The notes under the pieces are model-generated. The model did not search any database and was not told the DNA's origin. It saw only the letters and a list, made by a program, of their open reading frames with translations. From positions 14,691 to 46,690 of the forward strand of contig JAWBCC010000005.1 in assembly GCA_038823825.1 (NCBI GenBank): a stretch of 32,000 nt of DNA, in the 5' to 3' direction. This document shows, piece by piece, positions 7,728 to 17,477 of the stretch (its first letter is position 1; each line of letters begins with the position of its first letter). The stretch is from Candidatus Hadarchaeales archaeon. Its GTDB lineage: Archaea; Hadarchaeota; Hadarchaeia; Hadarchaeales; Hadarchaeaceae. The translations under genes and the position numbers were made by a program.

Positions 7728-8843
7728 ATGAAAACGACAATTTCCGTCATAAAGTGCGATGTGGGTTCGTTGGCAGGACATCACACTGTTCCAGAGCCTC
7801 TCATGAAAATTGCAGAAAGAAAGCTAAGCGAAGCCAAAAAGAGCGGGCTAATAAACAGCTACTATGTCTTTCACGCGGGGGACGACCTAGAGCTTCTGAT
7901 GGTTCATCAGCGTGGCGAGAACAATGAGGAGATTCACAGACTTGCTTGGGACACTTTCCAAGAGGCGGCAAAGAAGGCAATGGAACTAAAGCTCTACGCA
8001 GCCGGACAAGATATCCTGAAGACCGCATTCAGCGGAAACATCAAGGGGCTTGGTCCTGGAGTCGCCGAAATGGAGATCGAAGAGAGACAGGCGGAACCGA
8101 TCATCGTCTTCGCCGCCGACAAAACGGAACCTGGAGCGTTCAACTACCCGCTGTTCAGGATCTTCGCAGATCCATTCAACACTGCAGGACTCGTGATAGA
8201 TCCAGCGATGACCGGTGGTTTCAAGTTTGAGGTCTTGGACATTTTCGAAGACAAAAAAGTCGTCCTGAAGTGTCCGGAGGAGATGTACGATTTGATTGCT
8301 CTGATCGGCACACCTGGCCAGTATGTGATCCAAAGAGTCTACAGAGCCAGCGATAACCTCGTAGCTGCTACAACGAGCACAACAAAGCTCTGGCTGATAG
8401 CCGGAAAATACGTCGGAAAGGACGACCCGGTCTGCATAGTCAGAACACAGCATGGTTTGCCGGCTGCTGGAGAAGCGCTAGCGCCCTTCATGCACAGTTA
8501 CTTCGTTGAGGGATGGATGCGCGGAAGCCACTGGGGACCGCTGATGCCAGTTGGACTGAAGGACGCGAGATGCACGGCGTTCGATGGGCCGCCTCGAATT
8601 GTGGCGCTAGGATTCCAGGTCGTAAATGGAAAGATAGCGGAGGACGATGATGGAAGACCACTGATTGCAGATCTCTTCGATGATCCAGCATTTGAACCAG
8701 CTAGAAGAGAGGCCGCCGAGCTTGCCAGAGTTCTCAGAAGGATGGGTGAATTCGAGCCTGCCCGGCTTGGCAAAGATTCGATGGAATACACAACGCTTCC
8801 AGCTGTACTGAAGAAGCTGGAGAGCAAATTCCAAAAAGCCTAA
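7728..8843 (+). CDS. fbp: fructose-1,6-bisphosphate aldolase/phosphatase (class V FBPase)
   Basis: 371 aa. N-terminus MKTTISVIKCDVGSLAGHH and overall length are typical of the archaeal bifunctional FBPA/P. AAGGAGGT lies 7 nt upstream of ATG. Confidence 0.9.
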   Translation: MKTTISVIKCDVGSLAGHHTVPEPLMKIAERKLSEAKKSGLINSYYVFHAGDDLELLMVHQRGENNEEIHRLAWDTFQEAAKKAMELKLYAAGQDILKTAFSGNIKGLGPGVAEMEIEERQAEPIIVFAADKTEPGAFNYPLFRIFADPFNTAGLVIDPAMTGGFKFEVLDIFEDKKVVLKCPEEMYDLIALIGTPGQYVIQRVYRASDNLVAATTSTTKLWLIAGKYVGKDDPVCIVRTQHGLPAAGEALAPFMHSYFVEGWMRGSHWGPLMPVGLKDARCTAFDGPPRIVALGFQVVNGKIAEDDDGRPLIADLFDDPAFEPARREAAELARVLRRMGEFEPARLGKDSMEYTTLPAVLKKLESKFQKA

Positions 8844-8874
8844 AAGTCTGCCAACAACCCCAAGTTTTTCTTTT

Positions 8875-9882
8875 TTATTTTATTCTAAAGTCGTAGTAAT
8901 CTTCCACTCTCACTATGTCTTCCGGATGATGAGTAGACGATTCATGTAAAATCAAGTTTGAAACCGCCAAGAATGAGTGAACGGTGCCTGGTCTCAAATG
9001 AATTTTCTGTCCGGGCAAAAGGGGCTTTTTAGAGTTTCCCTTCATGACTACCCACCCTCTTCCTGAGATAACCTTGAGCACCTCGTCCCTTTTTTCGTGA
9101 TAGTGCATGGATGTTCTGTAACCTGCCATTATATAGAGAATTTTTTCCATTCTGCCCTCTTTGACTCCTAAGATTTTCTCATAGCCCCAAGGTTTGTCTA
9201 TCCTGTTTTGGTATTCGAGCTTCGCGGTTTCCAAGTCTTTCTCGGTATCCACAGAAATCCAGAACGGTATGTCTTCTTTGTAGTAGCCGAGCTTTCCTTT
9301 TCTGGCTAACTCTGGAAAAGCGGTTCTTTCGATATCCCCAACCATATACTTCTGAAGTATTGGGAGAATTCTCTTAGACATACAGTAAAATCCCCCATTT
9401 ATGAAATGATTTAAAACCGGTTTTTCCTCAAAACCTATGATTTTTCCACCTTTGAGATTCAGTATCCCGTACGGACTGCGCATCCTAACTGCGAAAATCG
9501 ATGCCAAGGTTCCCGACTTTTTCCACTTCTCGTACATTCTTTTGATGTTCAGATCTGCTATCACATCACCGTTGCTAATAACAGCGTCCTCTCTGGCGGT
9601 CTCCATTCCAAGCCTTATCGCATTTAGAGTCCCCATCGGTGTTTTCTCCTGCACATATTCTATTTCAACACCCATGTGCCTCTCGCCGAATTTTTTGCGT
9701 ATTTTCTCCCCCAAGTGGGCTGTCAAGAGAATAACACGGTTTATGCCCGCACTTTTATACTGGAAAAGCTGCCTTTCCAGAATTGTGTATCCTGGCTTTA
9801 GCTCAAACAGGACTTTAGGGACGGTTTCGGTCGCAGGTCTGAGTCTCTTGCCCAAGCCTCCACAAAGAATCATTCCAATCAA
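8875..9882 (-). CDS. sugar-phosphate nucleotidyltransferase with C-terminal cupin (type II mannose-6-P isomerase-like) domain
   Basis: N-terminus ILCGGLGKRLRP (NTP_transferase G-x-G-x-R-L). C-terminus PWGYEKIL...YHEKRDEVLKVISG...GTVHSF is a cupin signature. Confidence 0.7.
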   Translation of the reverse strand: MIGMILCGGLGKRLRPATETVPKVLFELKPGYTILERQLFQYKSAGINRVILLTAHLGEKIRKKFGERHMGVEIEYVQEKTPMGTLNAIRLGMETAREDAVISNGDVIADLNIKRMYEKWKKSGTLASIFAVRMRSPYGILNLKGGKIIGFEEKPVLNHFINGGFYCMSKRILPILQKYMVGDIERTAFPELARKGKLGYYKEDIPFWISVDTEKDLETAKLEYQNRIDKPWGYEKILGVKEGRMEKILYIMAGYRTSMHYHEKRDEVLKVISGRGWVVMKGNSKKPLLPGQKIHLRPGTVHSFLAVSNLILHESSTHHPEDIVRVEDYYDFRIK

Positions 9883-9896
9883 GCTCTTAGCACCTC

Positions 9897-10946
9897 CTAC
9901 ACTTTGCCTTGCTTTTTAATTTGCTTTCGTCTGTTTTCCATTTTCAGCCTTATACCCATATAACTAAGAACACATGCACCTATCGCAGAGCCAATAACGA
10001 GGATTATCAAACGGTCAAAGATTGTCGCCAAACCGGCCTTGGCGATGGGAACTTTGGTTAAGACGAACACGGAGAAATATGTGACCTCCACGAGACCGAG
10101 ACCGCCGGGAAGAAATGGGACCAAGCCGGCGAGTGGAGGAACTGTAAGCCCCAAAAGAAGGGTGATTATGGTAGGCGTATATCCCACACTTCTGAAGACA
10201 AGATAGAGCCGACAAAGGTTTAAAATCCAGAAAGTTAGGGAGAGAAAGAAAATTTTCGCAGCCGTACGCCAATTACTGAATACCTTTTGACCAGCATCGT
10301 AAAACTTTTTGACATCATGCTTTGATTTGCTTTTACTTCTGTGAAAAATCTTTGAGATCAAGGTGGGGAAGAATTTGCTGAGAAATTTTTCCCCGATTCT
10401 GCGCGGAAAGAAGTAAACCATCGCCAAAACTAAGGTTATAATAGAAGTCGACCAGGCAGCAATTATTGCGAGTCTCCAGCTAATGATTTCGAAAAGAGCG
10501 AGCAAAAGTCCAAGCATGAAGAATGAAGCGGAAATCGTAAGCTCGACTACATATTCTGAAACCGTTGCTGCTAAACTGTGTGAGATTGGTATGTCCTCGC
10601 GTTTCCTCATGAGATAACTCCGCACTATCGGATCTCCAGCAACATAGGAAAGCGGAGTGATATTTGTTATAAATATGCTACCCAGGATTACCTGCCACGT
10701 CTTTAAAACGCTTATTCTCACGCCTGAAGCTGAAAGAGACACCTTCCATCTGAGAGATATTATGAATGTTCCAAGAAGATAGACTCCTATTGCTCCAAGA
10801 AAAAACACCAAGTTCAGGGTTGGAAGTGCCTCGGTTATTTTCCTGAAATCTACGGCGCTTGCCAAAAACCTGAAAAAAAAGAAACCCAAAATAATCGCCA
10901 CAACTAACCATAGGGCCGTCCTACTACCTTTCAAGGTCTCCCTCAA
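9897..10946 (-). CDS. polytopic membrane protein, flippase-like / LPG-synthase-TM (UPF0104) family
   Basis: 349 aa, about 8 TM. SLRWKV...FITNITP...AGDPIVRSYLMRK resembles the UPF0104 pattern; sits next to sugar-activation genes. Confidence 0.5.
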   Translation of the reverse strand: MRETLKGSRTALWLVVAIILGFFFFRFLASAVDFRKITEALPTLNLVFFLGAIGVYLLGTFIISLRWKVSLSASGVRISVLKTWQVILGSIFITNITPLSYVAGDPIVRSYLMRKREDIPISHSLAATVSEYVVELTISASFFMLGLLLALFEIISWRLAIIAAWSTSIITLVLAMVYFFPRRIGEKFLSKFFPTLISKIFHRSKSKSKHDVKKFYDAGQKVFSNWRTAAKIFFLSLTFWILNLCRLYLVFRSVGYTPTIITLLLGLTVPPLAGLVPFLPGGLGLVEVTYFSVFVLTKVPIAKAGLATIFDRLIILVIGSAIGACVLSYMGIRLKMENRRKQIKKQGKV

Positions 10947-10981
10947 ATACTTTTCACTAAAGTTTTTTGAGCTTTTTTAAG

Positions 10982-11056
10982 AGCCGCCGGTGGGATTTGA
11001 ACCCACGATCTACCGCTTACGAGGCGGTCGCTGTAACCAGGCTCAGCTACGGCGGC
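10982..11056 (-). tRNA. tRNA-Thr (anticodon CGU)
   Basis: Hand-folded: acceptor GCCGCCG/CGGCGGC, D arm GCTG-AGCCTGGTTA-CAGC, anticodon arm ACCGC-CTCGTAA-GCGGT, variable AGATC, T arm GTGGG-TTCAAAT-CCCAC, discriminator T. Confidence 0.9.
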
Positions 11057-11133
11057 TCCGATTCTATTTTACTTGTAGTTCTGAAATATATCTTGCCCTA
11101 CTTTTTATTAGAGAAAACCGAAAGAAAAAGAAG

Positions 11134-11676
11134 ATGAGAGAAGAGACGAAAAAACAACTCGTTTGGCTCTTTGTAATCGCTTTCTGGACGCTGGGGTTTT
11201 TCTTTTCTAGATGGAGTAATCCTCCTGCTTTCGCCAAGGAAATCGGGAGATCCATCAGTGTACCACTTTCTGGAGATGCCTGGCTTCCGCTCGTCTACTT
11301 TCCCCTGACGGTCGTGGCATCATTTGTTCTCGCACAGCTGTTTTTCGGCGGCGGCATTATTTTCATGTTTTTCCGAGGGGTTTGGGATTCCACCGTGTTT
11401 TCTCGGTTAGAAGCTATTGTGGCGGAAACAAACCTCATATCTATCCAGTATGGCCAACTGTGGACGATGTTTTACTATCTCATGATTTTGGGATGCAATT
11501 TGCCGCTGTGTCTCTGGGCCGCACAACTTGGCGCTTCTCAATCCTTGAAAGTCTTAGAAAGGTTGCAGGGAAAGCTTGTGAGACCATCAGAAGAAGTTCG
11601 ATGGAAAATGCTCATGCTAATCATTGCTTCCATCGTACTTGCAATTCCATCTTCCTTGGCTATTTCATATGCGTGA
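11134..11676 (+). CDS. hypothetical membrane protein (about 4-5 TM)
   Basis: The tracked ORF 10990-11676 starts inside tRNA-Thr. The first ATG clear of the tRNA is 11134 (MREETKKQLVWLF...). Hydrophobic segments throughout; family not recognised. Confidence 0.55.
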   Translation: MREETKKQLVWLFVIAFWTLGFFFSRWSNPPAFAKEIGRSISVPLSGDAWLPLVYFPLTVVASFVLAQLFFGGGIIFMFFRGVWDSTVFSRLEAIVAETNLISIQYGQLWTMFYYLMILGCNLPLCLWAAQLGASQSLKVLERLQGKLVRPSEEVRWKMLMLIIASIVLAIPSSLAISYA

Positions 11677-11723
11677 CCCAGGGCCGAAGAAAAATTTAGT
11701 TATATATTTTGAAGCTCGTGCGT

Positions 11724-11737
11724 AAAGCTTTTAAATC
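11724..11737 (+). promoter_or_regulatory. candidate BRE/TATA element of the thermosome gene
   Basis: AAAGCTTTTAAATC lies 51 nt upstream of ATG 11788, with GAGGTGG just before the start. Resembles archaeal purine-rich BRE plus TTTAAA TATA box. No experimental support. Confidence 0.3.
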
Positions 11738-11787
11738 GTCCGGTTTTCTTTATTCAAATGGATAACTTGGTAATGAGGTGGAAGTAG

Positions 11788-13428
11788 ATGGCTAGCCAGC
11801 TTGCTGGAACTCCAATCCTGATCTTGCCTGAGAAAGTTCAGAGATACATAGGTAGAGATGCTCAAAGGATGAACATAATGGCGGCCAGAGTCATTGCGGA
11901 GGCTGTCAGAACCACCTTGGGTCCAAGAGGGATGGATAAGATGCTTGTTGACAACCTCGGGGATGTCACAATCACAAACGATGGGGTAACCATTTTGGAT
12001 GAGATGGACGTAGAACATCCGGCTGCGAAGATGATGGTTGAGGCCTCCAAAACACAAGAAAATGAGGTCGGGGATGGAACTACCACGGTTGTAATTCTGG
12101 CTGGCGAACTTTTGAAGAGAGCAGAAGAACTACTCGATCAGAACTTCCATCCAAGCGTTATAATTTCCGGATACAGGAAAGCGGCCGAATATGCATGCAA
12201 GGTGCTAGAGAAAATAGCCAAACCCGTGACGAAAGACGATGATGAGACGCTCAAGAAAATTGCTCTAACGGCACTGAGCAGCAAGGGGACCGAGGCTAAA
12301 GGAGAAAAGCTCGCCGATCTGTGTGTGAAAGCTGTGAAACAGATTGTCGAGGAGGCAAACGGAAAGATTGAGGCCGACATAGATAATATAAAAGTCGAAA
12401 AGAAAACCGGTGGGAGTTCCGCAGATTCTCAGCTCATAACCGGAATCATTCTTGACAAGGAAGTTGTGCATCCCGGTATGCCAAAGAGAATAGAAAAAGC
12501 TAAAATCGCTCTGTTAAACCTTGCGCTGGAGGTTAAAGAAACAGAAACTGATGCGAAAATAAACATAACTTCGCCTGAGCAACTGAAAAGCTTCATGGAA
12601 GAGGAAAGACGCATGTTGAAGGATATGGTTGACAAGATAAAATCCGTAGGTGCAAACGTTGTGTTCTGTCAGAAGGGAATTGATGATGTCGCGCAACACT
12701 ATCTCGCGAAGGCCAAAATATTGGCCGTTAGAAGGGTAAAGGAATCTGACATGGAAAAGCTCGCAAGAGCAACTGGTGGAAAAATTGTAACAAATATAAA
12801 GGATCTTACCCCGGCCGATCTGGGCGAAGCTGAACTTGTTGAGGAGCGAAAGATTGCTGGAGAAGACATGGTGTTTATCGAAGGATGTAAGAATCCGAGA
12901 TCTGTGAGTATCCTGGTCAGGGGCGGCACGGAACACGTTGTTGACGAAATCGAAAGAGCCGTGCACGATGCTTTGTCTGTGATTTCCGCATCGATTGAGG
13001 ATGGGAAAATAGTGGGTGGAGGTGGAGCTCCAGAAGTAGAGGTTGCCAAAGAACTTAGAAAGTTTGCTGACACCGTGGGGGGAAGAGAAGCGATAGCAAT
13101 CAATGCTTTTGCAGATTCACTTGAGATCGTGCCAAAAACGTTGGCGGAGAACGCGGGGATGGATCCGATTGACATTCTAGTCAAACTGCGTGCTGCACAT
13201 GAAAAGCCAAACGGAGAGGTCATGGGACTGAATGTCTTCACAGGAGAGATCGTAGACACTGTGAAAGCTGGGATAATTGAGCCAATTAGAGTAAAAGTGC
13301 AGGCGATCAAATCGGCTACTGAAGTTTCCGAGATGATTTTGAGAATCGATGACGTGATTGCTGCCGTAAAACTTGAAAAGGAAGAAAAGGAGAAAAAAGA
13401 AACAAAGCCACCTACTCCAGAATTCTAA
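11788..13428 (+). CDS. ths: thermosome subunit (group II chaperonin)
   Basis: 546 aa. [44 protein letters not shown] and a Lys/Glu-rich tail are all thermosome/CCT signatures. Confidence 0.95.
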   Translation: MASQLAGTPILILPEKVQRYIGRDAQRMNIMAARVIAEAVRTTLGPRGMDKMLVDNLGDVTITNDGVTILDEMDVEHPAAKMMVEASKTQENEVGDGTTTVVILAGELLKRAEELLDQNFHPSVIISGYRKAAEYACKVLEKIAKPVTKDDDETLKKIALTALSSKGTEAKGEKLADLCVKAVKQIVEEANGKIEADIDNIKVEKKTGGSSADSQLITGIILDKEVVHPGMPKRIEKAKIALLNLALEVKETETDAKINITSPEQLKSFMEEERRMLKDMVDKIKSVGANVVFCQKGIDDVAQHYLAKAKILAVRRVKESDMEKLARATGGKIVTNIKDLTPADLGEAELVEERKIAGEDMVFIEGCKNPRSVSILVRGGTEHVVDEIERAVHDALSVISASIEDGKIVGGGGAPEVEVAKELRKFADTVGGREAIAINAFADSLEIVPKTLAENAGMDPIDILVKLRAAHEKPNGEVMGLNVFTGEIVDTVKAGIIEPIRVKVQAIKSATEVSEMILRIDDVIAAVKLEKEEKEKKETKPPTPEF

Positions 13429-13447
13429 ACTAAAAGGGGGTCACAAT

Positions 13448-13651
13448 ATTTTTCCAGAAAAATACACGAGATATGAAAAAGCCAGAATAATCGGCGCCCG
13501 AGCTCTTCAGATTTCCTTAGGTGCACCGATTTTGATCAACCCTCCAAAAGGAATAACAGATCCTGTGGAGATAGCTCTCTACGAATTCGAGCAAGGGGTT
13601 ATACCCATAACGGTTATTAGAAGATTACCCGACGAGAGAATTCGCACATAA
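13448..13651 (+). CDS. rpoK: DNA-directed RNA polymerase subunit K (Rpo6); start uncertain
   Basis: [25 protein letters not shown]...GVIPITVIR is the RpoK/Rpb6 core. There is no ATG/GTG nearby. Options are ATT 13448, 6 nt after AGGGGGT, or TTG 13373 overlapping the thermosome gene by 56 nt. Confidence 0.8.
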   Translation: MFPEKYTRYEKARIIGARALQISLGAPILINPPKGITDPVEIALYEFEQGVIPITVIRRLPDERIRT

Positions 13652-13692
13652 GCAGCAAACTAAAAAGTTAGACTCGTGATATTTTTTCTGAG

Positions 13693-14721
13693 ATGGGGGT
13701 CCAGATTTCAGACATCGTCCCGGCAGATGAAGTACTCCTCGAGGAGCTTAGAGGGAAAACTATTGCTATAGATGCGATGAATTTTCTCTATCAATTTCTC
13801 TCAATAATCAGGCAGAGAGACGGAGAGCTTCTAAGAGACTCCAAGGGAAGGATAACCTCTCATCTCTCCGGACTTTTTTACAGAACAGCAAACTTCATCG
13901 AGCTTGGAATAAAACCGATTTATGTATTTGATGGTGCTCCACCAATTCTGAAACTCAAAACCGTTGAAGAGAGAAAAATGGCAAGAATCGATGCTGAAAG
14001 GGAATGGAAAAAAGCCCTTGAAGAAGGTCGGATAGAAGAGGCAAGAAAATTCGCACAGCGGGCGGGAAGGGTCGATGAAGAAATGATTAGGCAGGCAAAA
14101 ACGTTGCTTGATTACATGGGCGTACCTTGGGTTCAAGCTCCGGGCGAGGGTGAAGCTCAAGCAGCCCGGATAGTTCAAAGGGGAGATGCTTGGGCGGTTG
14201 GTAGTCAAGATTACGATGCTCTTCTGTTTGGGGCACCGAGACTCGTGAGAAATCTAGCAATAACCGGAAAGAGAAAGCTGCCTGGGAAGGATGTTTACAT
14301 CGACGTAAAGCCTGAGATAGTAGAGCTTGAGAGAACTCTTAAAACATTGGGGATAACGAGAGAGCAACTTGTTGGAATAGGGATTTTAGTTGGAACCGAT
14401 TACAATGAGGGAATAAAAGGCATAGGACCGAAAAAAGCACTTGCGCTCGTCAAGCAGTACGCTTCTTTAAGTGAACTTTTGCAAACCGAGTTTGCTGAGA
14501 AGTTTGAGGTAGATCCATTCAAGGTGGCTGAAATATTTCTCAAGCCGGAGGTTACAGACGACTACGAAATCAGAGAAAAAAAACCAAATCCAGATAAGAT
14601 AAAAGAGTTCCTCTGCGAGGAGCATGACTTCTCGGAAGATCGAGTAGAAAAGGGTATAGAGAAAATCACAAAAGGTTTGGAGAAATCCACGCAAACTTCG
14701 TTAGAACGCTGGTTCTCATAG
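13693..14721 (+). CDS. fen: flap endonuclease 1
   Basis: 342 aa. MGVQISDIV...AIDAMNFLYQFLS...ITSHLSGLFYR...PIYVFDG and GEGEAQAA are FEN1/XPG N- and I-domain motifs. Confidence 0.95.
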   Translation: MGVQISDIVPADEVLLEELRGKTIAIDAMNFLYQFLSIIRQRDGELLRDSKGRITSHLSGLFYRTANFIELGIKPIYVFDGAPPILKLKTVEERKMARIDAEREWKKALEEGRIEEARKFAQRAGRVDEEMIRQAKTLLDYMGVPWVQAPGEGEAQAARIVQRGDAWAVGSQDYDALLFGAPRLVRNLAITGKRKLPGKDVYIDVKPEIVELERTLKTLGITREQLVGIGILVGTDYNEGIKGIGPKKALALVKQYASLSELLQTEFAEKFEVDPFKVAEIFLKPEVTDDYEIREKKPNPDKIKEFLCEEHDFSEDRVEKGIEKITKGLEKSTQTSLERWFS

Positions 14722-15378
14722 CCGTTCCTTCCATCCATATTCGCCTATTAGCGGGACAAACGCACATCCTCCATATTCTTCTGTTTTCAATTTTCCGTTT
14801 TTCTTTTCAAGAACTGTCCAAGTCTGAAACATCTCGTGTCTGCCTAGCGGAAGTCCCATTTTCCCGCCCTTTGCTAGTTGTTCTATGAGGGGACGTGGAG
14901 GCTCTGGAGCACAAGCCGTTACGAGTATTCTATCCCATGGAGCTTCCTTCGCGTAACCGAGAGTTCCATCACCGAGGACGATTGAAACATGAGCGTAACC
15001 TGTGCGTTTGAGGTTATCCTTCGCGAAATTGGCGAGTTCTGGTATTCTTTCGATGGAAACAACTCTCCCGTTTTTTCCAACGACCTCCGCCAGCAGAGCT
15101 GCGTTGTAACCTGAGCCCGCGCCTATTTCGAGCACTTTCTGGTTTGGCTTAAGGTCAAGCGTTTCCATCATTATCGCAATCATGCTTGGAGCGGAGATTG
15201 TCTGCCCGTACCCGATCGGTAATGGTTGATCGGAGTATGCGTATTCGCGCAGTTCTTCTGGCACGAATTCGTGTCTCGGAACTTTGCGGAAAGCCTCGAT
15301 TATCTTTGGAGTCTTTAGATATCCAAGTGAGATGAGGGTTTTGACAAGTCTCTCCCTTTCGTTCTCAAAATCAAGCAT
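14716..15378 (-). CDS. pcm: protein-L-isoaspartate O-methyltransferase
   Basis: RHEFVPE...DQPLPIGYGQTISAPSMIA...VLEIGAGSGYNAALLAE are classic PCMT motifs. Confidence 0.9.
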   Translation of the reverse strand: MLDFENERERLVKTLISLGYLKTPKIIEAFRKVPRHEFVPEELREYAYSDQPLPIGYGQTISAPSMIAIMMETLDLKPNQKVLEIGAGSGYNAALLAEVVGKNGRVVSIERIPELANFAKDNLKRTGYAHVSIVLGDGTLGYAKEAPWDRILVTACAPEPPRPLIEQLAKGGKMGLPLGRHEMFQTWTVLEKKNGKLKTEEYGGCAFVPLIGEYGWKERL

Positions 15379-15422
15379 TCAATAGTTAAATCTCCCTTCT
15401 CCTCTAAAAAATTTGAAGTCTG

Positions 15423-15836
15423 ATGAAATGGATAATCCGCGCTAGAGGTCATCCAAACATTACGGCAAAACATCCAACAACGTTCATGTTGACGATGGAG
15501 AAGGAGATCGGTCCGCGTGCGGATTGTGTTGTTGGAGTGCAAGCTGAGACCGGAGCAGCTGGACTTGACCAAAATTTGAAGAAACTCTTGAAATCCGGAG
15601 CTACCGTCAAGCTCTTGATCTCCTGTGGGGGGGTTCGTGAGGAAGTCTTGGCTAAAGGGCATCCCTCCCTCTCTTTCGACCATCCAACCGATATCGTCGT
15701 CAGAAAAAGTTCGTACACATGCGGGCGGACTATTGCTATCTTGGCGGACAAGGGGGCAGCGGATTTTTCCAGAGAACTTGTCGAAAAACTGCAACATCCA
15801 AACGAAGTTTTGCTGACGATAGAAATCTTACTTTAG
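15423..15836 (+). CDS. DUF371 domain protein (archaeal conserved, function unknown)
   Basis: 137 aa. ARGHPNITAKHPTTFMLT...PRADCVVGV...IVVRKS...RTIAILADKGAADF matches my recollection of the DUF371 pattern. Confidence 0.6.
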   Translation: MKWIIRARGHPNITAKHPTTFMLTMEKEIGPRADCVVGVQAETGAAGLDQNLKKLLKSGATVKLLISCGGVREEVLAKGHPSLSFDHPTDIVVRKSSYTCGRTIAILADKGAADFSRELVEKLQHPNEVLLTIEILL

Positions 15837-16001
15837 TTCCAGGATTTCTAAGAGGTCCTCTGGCAAAAGATAGGGAATACCATCGATTATGGGATACTTA
15901 CGGCCACATTTCTTACAGATCAGATTATTTTTCCTCTTCTGCAGATCTCCCTTGCAAACGGGGCAAACGATTATCTCTAGAATTTTTCGATCCAATTTCA
16001 C
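15828..16001 (-). CDS. Trm112-family zinc-ribbon protein
   Basis: ILEIIVCPVCKGDL...LICKKCGRKYPIIDGIPYLLPED is the Trm112/UPF0434 motif. The tracked ORF (to 16127) overlaps the upstream gene, so the start is moved to GTG 16001, just after that gene's stop. Confidence 0.7.
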   Translation of the reverse strand: MKLDRKILEIIVCPVCKGDLQKRKNNLICKKCGRKYPIIDGIPYLLPEDLLEILELK

Positions 16002-16005
16002 AAAC

Positions 16006-16662
16006 TTACATCTCTCCTGGTTCAAATATCTTTTTTCCCAAATTTGTCTTCGCGAGGAATTTGACCGCCAGATATCCGGCAAGAGAGTAACCCATTCCCC
16101 CCACAATATCCTGCCAGTAGTGCTCACCTAGATATATCGTTGAGAATGTCAGAAGAATAAACACGATGACCCAAACTGCAAAAATTCTCCTTCCGTATGA
16201 TCTGACAAAAAGAGTTGCTGAGAGAGAGTTTGCCACGTGTAGGCTGGGAAACGCTCCATAAGGATATGGGTTGGCGACCTCGCTTATGCCAAACATTTCG
16301 CGTCTGACATCTCTCACACCGTTTACTGCCATCCTCGGAGGTGCAACAGGAAACAACCACCAAGTTAGCATGGAGATCGACTGTACAAAAATAAAAACCG
16401 CCAAATATCTTTCTAGTCTTGGTGCATCCCTCTTCAGAAAAATGTAAATTCCGGTTCCGTATATCATCATAATGTATCCGAGAGAATAGACCAGAAGCAT
16501 AAAGATGTCAAAGTAACGGGAGGATAGGCGATCTTGGAGAAAAAGGACATCTTCGCCGCCGAAAGAATGCGGGTTGACTGGAGAAGGAAGCATTCGTGGG
16601 ACGATTTCATAAATGGCGGTTGCTATGGCTAGAAGAAGCAGTAGCTTCAGGATTTTTCTCAT
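16006..16662 (-). CDS. PAP2-superfamily membrane phosphatase/phosphotransferase
   Basis: 218 aa polytopic. FPSLHVANS and GEHYWQDIVGG correspond to PAP2 motifs C2 (PSxH) and C3 (H-x3-D). Confidence 0.55.
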   Translation of the reverse strand: MRKILKLLLLLAIATAIYEIVPRMLPSPVNPHSFGGEDVLFLQDRLSSRYFDIFMLLVYSLGYIMMIYGTGIYIFLKRDAPRLERYLAVFIFVQSISMLTWWLFPVAPPRMAVNGVRDVRREMFGISEVANPYPYGAFPSLHVANSLSATLFVRSYGRRIFAVWVIVFILLTFSTIYLGEHYWQDIVGGMGYSLAGYLAVKFLAKTNLGKKIFEPGEM

Positions 16663-16724
16663 GGAGGATACCTCAAAAACTTTGATGCTCGGAGTTTTAA
16701 GTTCTAGTGTAGATTTGCAGCTTG

Positions 16725-17477
16725 ATGAAAAGCGGATACGTTGGGGAGATTTTCAGCTCCATACAAGGGGAAGGTCTATATGTTGGAAGAAGGCAGGTTT
16801 TCGTTAGGTTTGCCGGGTGTAATCTTTCATGCGTCTACTGTGACACCGTTAAGTTCAGAAAACCGGCGAAATATTGTAGGATAGAAAAAGCCGGAAAATC
16901 GGAAATCCGCAAAAATCCGATGAAATCGGTGGAAATTTTTGAGGAGGTGCTCAGACTTGCAACACCTGACATCCACTCCGTGTCCCTGACTGGCGGGGAG
17001 CCTCTTATGGCGGCAGAGCTGGCGGGAGAAGTTGCCAAACTCTGCAAGAAGGCCTCTTTGCCGGTTTATCTGGAAACCAACGGAAGTGTGCCTGAGGCAA
17101 TGAAAAAAATCGTGAAGTTTATAGACTACGCCTCCATCGACGTAAAGTTGCCAGAACACAAATCTGTTAAACCTGGAGAATGGGAATCCCTCTTCAAAAA
17201 AGAACTCTCCTGTGTGAGGATCGCCAGAAAAAAAGCTGAAACTTTTGTGAAAATTGTGGTTCTGCCAAACACAAAAGAAACTACGATTTTTTCGGTTTGC
17301 AAAGAAATCGCAAATCTGGATGTTCCCGTGGTCATACAGCCGGTCACACCTGTTGGGGAAATCAAAGAATTTCCGAGAAGAGAATTCCTCTTGAAGCTGT
17401 CTGAGGCAGCCGCCCTCGCCGGGGTTAAAGATGTCGCTATAATTCCGCAGGTTCACAAGTTTATCGGCTTTCGCTGA
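16725..17477 (+). CDS. queE: 7-carboxy-7-deazaguanine synthase (radical SAM QueE)
   Basis: GEIFSSIQGEGLYVGRRQVFVRFAGCNLSCVYCDT is the QueE N-terminal motif with the C-x3-C-x2-C radical-SAM cluster. ATG at 16725 (track starts at TTG 16722). Confidence 0.85.
   Translation: MKSGYVGEIFSSIQGEGLYVGRRQVFVRFAGCNLSCVYCDTVKFRKPAKYCRIEKAGKSEIRKNPMKSVEIFEEVLRLATPDIHSVSLTGGEPLMAAELAGEVAKLCKKASLPVYLETNGSVPEAMKKIVKFIDYASIDVKLPEHKSVKPGEWESLFKKELSCVRIARKKAETFVKIVVLPNTKETTIFSVCKEIANLDVPVVIQPVTPVGEIKEFPRREFLLKLSEAAALAGVKDVAIIPQVHKFIGFR

Noticed and set aside
10990-11133. N-terminal 48 codons of tracked ORF 10990-11676
   Set aside because: This part is the antisense of tRNA-Thr (MGFEPTIYRLRGG is a translated T-arm). 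The start was moved to ATG 11134.
7158-17477. queD and queE as part of a 7-deazaguanine DNA-modification (Dpd-like) defence system
   Set aside because: The two genes are about 9 kb apart among housekeeping genes. No DpdA/TGT paralog, helicase or nuclease partners are present. This fits the ordinary archaeosine/preQ0 pathway.
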